This document shows positions 14,163 through 25,100 of a stretch of DNA of 64,000 bases, piece after piece. Below the pieces are notes generated by a model that was given only the letters and a program-made list of their open reading frames with translations, had not been told where the DNA came from and did not search any database. Positions within the stretch are counted from its first letter, which is position 1; the number at the start of each line of letters is the position of its first letter. A program made the translations under genes and the position numbers. Source of the stretch: Bugula neritina (lineage: Eukaryota; Animalia; Bryozoa); NCBI GenBank assembly GCA_964035545.1, contig OZ037765.1, positions 9,310,698-9,374,697 on the forward strand. Reading direction: 5' to 3'.

Positions 14163-17111
14163 GGCCAGTGGTATGCACTCTCGGTATAGTCTGTCTTTCT
14201 GGGTGGATCCTGAGGTGTACAGCCTACACAACAGAAATCAGCTAAGATATTTATAGGAATATATACTAGAACACTTACTAGTTGAGACGAAAATTAATGT
14301 CACTTCACACTATATCGATACTTGATATGTCATGTAGAAATTAGATCACACAATAATAAAGAGATCATATGACATCGAACTGCATTTAGGTTTGAATGTT
14401 GAATAATAATATAAAGTTAGTTTATAAACAGTGAGCCCTATATTCTACTGCCAGTAAATATTTTACACAAGCACATAGTAGCATAAAGGAAACATTTATA
14501 TGTACTGTATGCATATCTTGATGATTCAGACTGCTTATCTTAACAGCAAAGGTTGAGTTATACTGAAGTAGTAGCAGCCATTATCAACAATCAAACATGC
14601 CTTGCTCATAATAAGCAATGATTAATTTATATATTTATAGTATTAATGAAGCAACTGGAAGAACAAAGAAAAAATGCTGATTAATTCCCTAAGTAATAAC
14701 ATACAGAAAGAAAGCAGTTAACTTTCAATAGTAGTCAATTTAGTAGCATCAACATTCACTGTAGAGCTAACACATGATCAAATTATAATGTAAAAAATCA
14801 CACTTAGGAGAAGTAGTGGAGAAATTGAAATAGGCCAAGTTCTCTAATTTTATTATTAAATGTTGGTTTGGGGTGCGGGTTGAAATTCTTGCGAAAACAT
14901 AACTTCTTTTGCTACATTATCAATCTAGAACACAGGCTTTTTTCAATTTCTCCCTTACTGCACCTACCTCAAAAATCAACCGCCATTATTAGAAATATTA
15001 TAATAATTCAACCAGTAACAGACAAAGTTATCAGTACAATCATAATTCATACAGCAACGTAGGACTACCTTCTCATGTGTTACACATGAATAAGTAGAGA
15101 AGGTTACAAGGGTTATCAGACTGCATAGTTATTAAAAGATGCACAGCACAATTTGCTGCCTAAAATTTATCACACGGGCATTATTCGTGAGTAAATAGGT
15201 CATCATCTCAACACTAGATGATGCCTGCTAGTATGAGAGAGCTAATACAGCTGTTTTAGGAGTATGTTGAGCAGTCAACACTATGTTGCTCAGCTGTTAA
15301 CTTCAACTAAATATAAAACTTTCTAGCACAACTTATAATGACCAACAAAAAACTATTGAATATATAACAAAAACCTGTTTCCTAAATAGCTTACTGAGAC
15401 ATACTACAGGCAAAGTTGACAGAACAATCCAGATTTGATTTGAAGATGAACTGTGACCATAACTATTGACTATTCATATGCTCACAGTGATTACCAACTT
15501 GAATAGCCATAAGCAACTTTTTGCATAAGTTCATTCAACTAGAAATCATTCATAAATAACTCGACCAAATCACAACTATAAGTTACATTCACCTAAACTA
15601 CTTATTTCTCACTACTATAACCACAGTATACCTACAGTATACCTAGACTGTGTTCGCCTCTCATCACCATGCCCTGATCTAGGTGGGTGTGCTATATTTT
15701 TTCATAAAATAATTTACATTTAAGAGACTAGAAACTGAAACTACATAAAAATAATTAGCCATTGTCATTAGCTAATGTAAAATGTTGAAACAATTTGCTA
15801 CCAATTACCACTACCAACACTTTTATTCCATGTGAACTACATACAAAATACGATTCAAAAGATATATAGGCCTATTTACCTGATTGTCAAGGGAAGGATT
15901 GCTGATTGGAAGACACTTGTACCCTCTGACTATCCAATGCCACCAGTTTCTGCAAAGTTTTATAAATTATTAAATGTTGACATAAAACTAGCCAATACAA
16001 CATGAACTGAACTGAAATAAGTTGTTTTATTAATTATTATTAATTTTAAAACTGAGGAATTTATCATCTACCTACCAATTAAATTTTGGTGAAAGGCAAA
16101 ATAAGCATTAAAAAGCACAGTTACCATTTTTATTGTTAATTTATGACTAATTTCTTTTATTGTTAAAACAATTCTTTAATCCTTGAATGACTTTTGAGAT
16201 CACTACTTATAAGTCATTTGAATGATAGATATTAGGTGTTGATAACAAAAAATCTTATACCTGATCCCTTCATGAAAAAATTTAATTGTTATTTACATTC
16301 CATACAGATTGAAGATAATGGCTCATATACTTAGCTATTAAATTTTCAACATAAAACCCATCTACTATTACCACAGAGTCATCTTTTTATTTCACTTCAA
16401 GATTGAATATATATAAATGTAGCCATGATAGTTATTATTAAAATATAATACAGTATATCCATAATAGCTTGGCATAACTTTCTACAGATATTACTCAATA
16501 GGTTGGAGAAACTATTCCAACAATAACATGATGCAGAGCAGGGTTCAGTACAGGGTTACAAATTTATGCATTGCTACTTGTATTAGAAAGTAGTTGACTT
16601 ACATCTATAGTAATTTACTAATGGTTTAATGCTAGTAATGTACATAGTTATTACCCATAATTATAAGCCTCACTATGACTATCACTATCGGTGTGTATTG
16701 TATACTATACATAATATACTTATTCTTCTTAATAATACTACTACTGTTAAATAATACATAATAAACTATTACTACAGCATATCTTGTGTATTATAAGTAT
16801 AACTGAAATTTAAAAGAGAACTAAAAGTAAAAGTATAACTTTCTTTTCAGTCCAATCAGTAATCACAATGGCCATCAGCATCATAATGAAAATGCTAATC
16901 AATAGTCAGTATCACTACCAGTATCAGTATGACTATGAGTATCAGTATGGGTACCAGAATGAATAATATAAATTAAAATATCATGGTTATTTTGCATTAC
17001 CTCAGTTGAGGTACGACTTCTGCTGCAACTGGAAAGTCTATAGGGAAGCCTCTAGTGACAACTTACATTAGACCAAGGTTAGCATTAGTTACAGCATTTG
17101 CCATTTTGTAA

Positions 17112-17700
17112 TTAGTTATTATATTCTCCGCGCATTTCACGAATTGTTCGTGGTAGAAAACTAGTGTGGAATAAGTTTTTCCTAGATAATATAGAGATAA
17201 GCTCTCCTCTGGCAGCCGATCGAGTGGTTACAGTTACAAGTTCCCTGTCTTCAATTATTTCATCATAGGTTTTGGATAGAGATTGGTGTTGATCCTCATT
17301 TTGAAGAATTCGGGTCAATAAACACAGTCGATGATTTTTTCGTCTGTCTTCCAGCGACCGGAGTCCTAATTCATCCCTCGCCTAAGACACACTGTCAGCG
17401 CGTCGCTTCATATTGCTTATGAATCAATCGTATGACGTTGTACTGGACCAGCTCTATATCATGCACTTTACTTCTAGCTGCAGGATCCCAAACCACATCC
17501 GCATAATCGAGTATAGACCTACATAGACTTGTATAAGCCAATAGCTTAGCATCTTTTGGGGCATCATACATCAAGTGCTTGATGCCGCTAAGAATTTTCC
17601 GGGACTTGGTACACTTATTATTTATGTGTTGATCAAATGTTAGGTTTGACTAAATGGTTACCCCAAGGTATTTAGTGCTTTCTACCCACGCAAGGCATGA
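17112..17700 (-). mobile_element. Decayed, 5'-truncated non-LTR retrotransposon (LINE; L2/CR1-group-like ORF2 C-terminus)
   Basis: Minus-strand translation LAWVESTKYLGVTI*SNLTFDQHINNKCTKSRKILSGIKHL...KLLAYTSLCRSILDYADVVWDP, a frameshift, then LGLRSLEDRRKNHRL...HTSFLPRTIREM. These match the YLGV, LDYA..VW.P and SF.PRTIR motifs typical of LINE ORF2 C-termini. In-frame TAG at about 17650-17652. Confidence 0.9.
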
Positions 17701-17934
17701 CTATCAAAATTCAATATGAATAAGAATATTGAGGTTGAAATTGAATATTTAATTTTATATTAATATCACTGAATAGGAAATTGAATACAACCCAATTGCT
17801 ATTAGTTCACTTACCATTAATGATTAAACTTAAGCTCAAGCTGTTAGTGCTTCGGTCATTTATTGAGTTACAAACTTTTGGTCTTACAGCTACTCTTGTC
17901 TTTTACCAAGGGCAAGAGTACGAGTCTTTGTCTT

Positions 17935-18290
17935 ATAGACTATCACTAGGAGTATGACTCACTATGAGATTATTACTATAGTTCAAGTTATGCTACTAGT
18001 AGTAGTACTAGTACTACTAGTATTAGTAATACAGTTAAACTAAAACTCAAAGTTTATGGTCTCATTACACTTATACTAATACTTATAGTTATGTATTAGT
18101 ATTAGTATTACTATGACTATGACAATGTGAATGTCAATGAGCAATCACTATCACTATGACTATCACAGTATGAGTATCTGTATCACTATCAGTATCACTG
18201 ATCTGTGATCAGCAATGACTGAATGAGCCAACGACTATCAGTATCACAATCACTATCAGTATGAGTATGAGCAATGAATTAAATATTATC
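17935..18290. repeat. 6-nt-periodic low-complexity array (CACTAT/GACTAT/CAGTAT/GAGTAT)
   Basis: For example ...cactatcactatgactatcacagtatgagtatctgtatcactatcagtatcac...; lies on the integrin side of the integrin/Sec61G intergenic region. Confidence 0.8.
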
Positions 18291-18490
18291 AATTAAATTT
18301 AATGATTCAGCCTGAATCGTTCACACAATTTCAGTTTGCAGCCAAAGTCACTGCAATGTGGTTACGATGTGAGAGGCACTGGCTGTGTCTCAATTTCAGT
18401 CTGGTTGCTATCAACGAGCTGAAATGAAATTGAATGGGGCTAGTAGCACAGGGCTCGGCTGTTGGCTGAAACAATTGAAAGACTTTGTAG

Positions 18491-18625
18491 GCAACTCCAA
18501 GTTAGGTGAGACTAAGTGCAGTAATATGCAATTCTCAAGTTTTGAGTCGGGGCTTTCAATAAACCCCAACTCTAAACTTGAGAATCTTAAATTACTGCAC
18601 TCAATCAGCTCCAACTCGAAGCTGC
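18491..18625 (-). other. Long, symmetric imperfect hairpin (candidate structured RNA)
   Basis: Positions i and j pair in the single register i+j=37116: GTGCAGTAAT/ATTACTGCAC, ATTCTCAAGTTT/AAACTTGAGAAT, GAGTCGGGG/CCCCAACTC. Most non-Watson-Crick pairs are A:C or C:A on the plus strand, i.e. G-U on the minus strand. Confidence 0.7.
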
Positions 18626-19034
18626 TTATAGTTATAAACATTGAACTATAAACCCGTTATAGTTTCAGTTCAGTGGTTATAAAATAATTCAAAGCCTAAG
18701 TTCGGCCTCTAAAGAATTGTCCTCTTTATTTGAACGATTGTCTTGGGCAATTATTGAAAATGTTAGACTGTGTTTTTAATTGACATACAACGGGTGGTCA
18801 CCTGATTCAAAAGTAATGGTGTAGTCGAGATTATTACTTCCTGTCCACATCAACACCAGACCAAATAAAACTCGCAGCCAGTTTTATTTTGTGGAATCGA
18901 AACAGTCAATACTTTATAAAACGCTGTTGACAAGTTGATTTTACAATAAACTAAATTACTCATTTGAAAAAATGTTCAACCTCAGCATAAGTTGTGTTTG
19001 TTTTTTCATAATATGGTTTTACGTTGCTTAGCCT

Positions 19035-19580
19035 TAAATTCAATTTCATATTGATATTCATATTGAATTTGATATTCATAATTATAATAGTTTCATAAAA
19101 CTAAATGATAAAGTCAAAGTGGTAATCATAATGATAATCACTCATAATCATAATCAATATCATATTGATATTCAATTTCTTGATATTAATCATAATGTTC
19201 ATATTGATATTAGTATTTATATCATTATTCATGTTGATTTATTCATTATTGATTATCATTATGATAATCATTTTGATTTAGTTTTACTGATTCAGATTCA
19301 GATTGTCATTATCACTGATAATCATCATGATTATCATTACTTCTTTATGAGTTCATTAGACTTAGTTTTACTCTCACTCTTAGACATTAATTATAAATTT
19401 AATCATTATAATTATTATTATAATTTTATTATTTCATATTGACAGCGAGTCTAATGAATGATCTATAAGTATAGATTTAGTCTGTAAATACAATAAATAT
19501 AATGGTTAGACTTAGTATCGATATGAATATGACTTATGTCAAACTTAATATGTTCTCATACTTATTCATGGTCATACTCG
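19035..19580. repeat. 6-nt-periodic low-complexity array (CATATT/GATATT/CATAAT/GATAAT)
   Basis: ...ttcatattgatattcatattg...aatcataatgataatcactcataatcataatc...; lies on the Sec61G side of the intergenic region. Confidence 0.75.
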
Positions 19581-20470
19581 CTGTGCAGTGATCTTGGTTG
19601 ATCATATGTGACTGTGTTAGCATATAAATGATTTTAAATACTGTAAACTTAGTCATAATAGCTACTAGTGTTTTTACTATATATAGTTCTAATATATAAT
19701 AGTGATATTTTATATTTATTGCTGCTAAATAATCCTAATGAATCATTTTATTTTTATAGCTAATTTATGTTATATAGTCACCAAGGTCAGTATTCAGCAT
19801 TGTCATTTAAATTTTTTATATTTGTTATCTATTTTCAAATTAAGAATGTAGTGTTTTAAATCATAGTGATAGTTTTAGTACAAATAATGACATTAAGGAC
19901 CATTTTAATGTTGATATTCACGTCATTGTCACAAATGTGATCAATTTAAGCTCAAACTATACAAAAAAATGGGCATACGCCAATTTTCTTTCAAGCGTTC
20001 ATTGTTCATCTGATACTTGATTTTAGTAAAACCAATCCTCATTACTTTTACCTCTTCTTTGTATTCAATCACACTACTACTTTAATCAATATGATATGCT
20101 CTTAATTTACACTCGCTTTAGTATATACCTTTTCAGTTGAAGAGACATTTTGTGTATTTACATTCACGGTTAATATGTTATACACTTTTTGTTGCTCGTA
20201 TGCCAACATGACATACCTGCATAATTTTGTAATTATTTCTTGTAAAAATACTGATGTACATAACGTAAAACTTATGAATTTGTAGCATAAGCACTTTGTT
20301 ATTGGAGCTCGAAGAGCAGAGTTGTTCAACTTGTCTTGTCCTTGTATGCATGCTACCATGTGTTATCTTGATGCAGAAAAAAGCTTTTAGTGATATAGAT
20401 GAAAGCAACTTATATGAGTTATAGTTGTATTGCTGTGTTTCTTTTAGATTGATTTATATCACACTTTACC

Positions 20471-21332
<862 letters not shown>

Positions 21333-22155
21333 AAACCCTCTTGGCTTGCTACAATTTGTACTTATTCATATGTTTACACAGACTATACTCTACATCAAAG
21401 TCTGCAAAGACAGTAGCCACCGAATTCAACACTAACTTCAGTTTGACTAAGTGATCTTACTGTAAATAATTATGTAGCCAATCAAATCTATAATTTTATA
21501 GCTTTAAAGAAATTGTCTTTAAATTTTATTCAAAATCCCAAAGAAAGGGAAATAAAAATATAAATACAAAATTCTTCACTACAACAACACATTAATAGCT
21601 AAAAATGTGTGATTGTGAAATTTCGCACTATAGCAATAATTACCATACGTTAGCACCATTAGACAGGCAAAATAACTCCAAAATTATTACAGTCTTACAA
21701 TATAAAATCCATATATATTATATATAAACAAGCTAAAAGAAGCATAAGCATATTTTTAACAAATTAATAGTAATATTATGACTTGAAGTAGAAATAAAAA
21801 CATTGACGACATATTAATTATATTTAAGTTATTCTCAAGGTTACACAACATGAAGTAGAACTGATAATAATTACATAGGTGGAAAAACCTGAAGACTGTA
21901 CACAAAATACTAAAAGGCCTACCATAATGCAAGTAGCTATCTACAATTCTGCTTTAAGTTTTATAATTACATTACACAAACTGGACTAGTAACTTATTAT
22001 ATTTCGAATACTTTTCTTGGAGGTTTGGGCAACTTTCTACAACAGTAAAATCATACAGTAACAATAATGGAACCTAGACATTTAATTGCGCAGCATTCAA
22101 GATATTAACCTTACAATAAATTTTCTTTCTAGTATAATATGGAAGTGCTTACCCA

Positions 22156-25100
22156 TTAACTAGTTTGCTGTGATGCAAGCATTTTGGAGTTGTCAGAACT
22201 TTGTTTAACCACCAATAGCATTCTTTGAGTAGTCTAAAATCAAATGTAAACAACTACACTATCAAATATATCTTGCAGTAAATAACAGAAAAGTACAAGA
22301 AAACGCCAACTGAAATTTTCACTGTTGACAAGTGTAAAATTTATTTCTTACTAAATCTTTGAGTTTAAGATTCAGTCTTTGTTTGTCACAAGTGAGTTTT
22401 TCGATATCGTCCCTAGCATTCTTAGTTTTTGAGGCTTCCAAAAGCGCTATGTGACTATCTTTCTCAGATATAGCTGATAGGATTGCTTCTTGTCTGCAAA
22501 AAACATTGACTGTAAAATATCTAAGTGAATACAAACAGCAAAACAAGCATCAGCAAAATTTAACATAAATCAAGAGTTTGAACATCCGAAACAATTTTGT
22601 TAATGGAACAAGTAATTTAAAGTAGAGAAGTTGCAGCAGAGGTATGGAAAGTAGGCAAATTTTAAAACAAATTGAAAATATACCAGAAGCTTCAGGACCA
22701 AAATTTAAAAAAATGTTTGAAACATAGGCAACCATGTTTGAGTCAACTAAATCAATTTTCAATTCAAAGTATTAATTATATAACTTACTTCATTTCAAAG
22801 GCTTCTTCCATATGCCCCGATCTCTCTGCTACTAGCTTACGAAGCTGATCATTTTTCTCTTTCAAGGTTTCTTCCAGGTCATGCACATGTAAACTAATCT
22901 CAGTTGCCTTAGCAACATCACTCTTGTACTGTAATTACAAATAGTTCATATAAAATAGAAATACATATAAAAAGAGTACACTAATCTAAAATAGTATATT
23001 TTAAAAATGATTAGTTTAAAAAAGAAGGTGGAAAGATATCAATTTTTTTTAAAATTATTTATGAAAACAGTTGAATGTGGTAATTCTTGTCTTCAAGCAG
23101 TTAAAAAACTATTAATGTGTAAACTTTGCAAGTCAAAAACTCTAGTTTTCTATTTCCCTTTGTACATACAGACCTGCTCAATCAAACTTTTTTGCTTATC
23201 TATATCTTCTTTCTGGGAAGCTACAACCATTTCGCATTTAGCAGTAATTTTTACACTCTGCTTCAATGCTTCCTCAAGCTCTTCAATACGCTCTTTATCC
23301 CTCTTCATGCGAGCCTGAAAGTAGCAAATTTATAAAGTTCATTGAATCAAAACATAAATTTATGAAAACAAAGTTTTGGAATAAAAATGAATTTAAGAGG
23401 CTTTTACAAAATCAAGCCAAGTATGTGTGTAGGGCGAATGATATACGTGGAAATAAACTTATCAATTGGCAAACAAATTTCAGCATTTCCTCTATTAATA
23501 TTCAACATATATTCTGTCAAAAGACAATATTCTCCTTCAACATACTTTAACTTCGCTATCAGATGTTCGCCCATTTTTGTTTTCTTCTAAGCGAAGCTTC
23601 TCATCATGTTGGTGATTTCTCTTCAGTGAAACATATTTCTGTTTGGTTTCTTTCAGTTGCCTGGTAATGAAAATAGAATTATATTCTATACAAACACTAG
23701 TCTATGCATAATATTTATTACTTGGAGTTTAGAGCAGCTTTTCATGACAAATGTTGATTCACCAAGGAGTTCACTATAACTTTGTATGGGGTAGAACACT
23801 GCAGTTATCAAACTGAACAATCTATGTGTACGCACAGGAAACCAGCAAAGTTGCATCTGCTGATGAACTTGAAACAACAATTTAAAATAAATAATTTGCT
23901 GGCAGTAGGGGTCGAACCCTCGCAGCACCGAATTGCATAGCAGCATTTAGTGAACTTTACCCACTAAATTAACCCTCATCGGTATTCACATTTGATATTG
24001 TAAATTATTACTGGAAGGGTTCAATTCCCACTACCAGCAAATTGTTTTCCTTGTCCACACAATAGGTAGCTAAAAGGAATAGCACAAGGGTCATTCATGT
24101 GTTATTCCTCCAACACGCCAGATGTTAATATTTTAAAGGAAGCTTACTCTTGTAGCTCTCGTATCTGTTTGTCTTTGTTATGCTTCTCATTCTCCATCTC
24201 TTTCAATATTTCTAATAATCTATCTATTTCCTTCTGATAATTTTGAAGTTGTTCTCCTTGTTGCGTAGCATCCTTACTTAGTTGCTGAATTGCTTGCTTT
24301 TGTTCAGAATTATGTTCTATATGAGTTTTAGTCTCACTTTCCAACTGCAGGCAAAAAAACTATACAAATGTACTAATAGTAACAATACCCACAATTGCAA
24401 ATTGCAGTTTCAAGCGCTACTGACTATTTGCTTAGATATCTCATTAAGTTAAATTAAAAAATTTGTTTAATTGTCAAAAATCCACAGACTTACTTGGCTA
24501 ATAGATTGTTTCAAATCCTCTACTTCTCTACTCTTAGAGAGTAGATTCTTTTCTGCTTGATTGAGTTGAGATTCTAGTTTCAACTTTTCAGCCTTGAGTT
24601 CAGATACACTTTCACGTAGACTCAACAACTCATTCTAGAATTGTACACATCAACATCAAATTTACGAATAAGTTGTTAATATAAAAAGGCACACAAATTA
24701 GATGTATACGACAATGTCTCCCTAACTCAAATACATTCCAGATTCTCGACCTAAAATATGTTATAGCACACATTTAACGCATTATTTGAATAACTATCGT
24801 TTTGATATTACCCTTCATTAAGCTGTTAATGTTCAAATGTTGCATGAAATAAATATAACTGCACACTATACAACAGCACTTGTAGTCTTGGTTACTGATC
24901 ACCCAAGTATGCATATATATGATCACATGACATACCTTGCTGTCTTGACTAGACTGCTTCAACAACTCCACCTCCTTACTCAGATCTCTGTTACTCTTCT
25001 GATACTCTACCAGCTCATCTTGACGTTCATTGGCAGCAATTTCCCGCTGCTCCTTCAGTCTATGAATATAAAAAAACTTTCATAGAATAAAATATTGTGA

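Noticed and set aside
18385-18651. Overlapping ORFs on both strands
   Set aside because: Explained by the hairpin symmetry; no protein family recognised.
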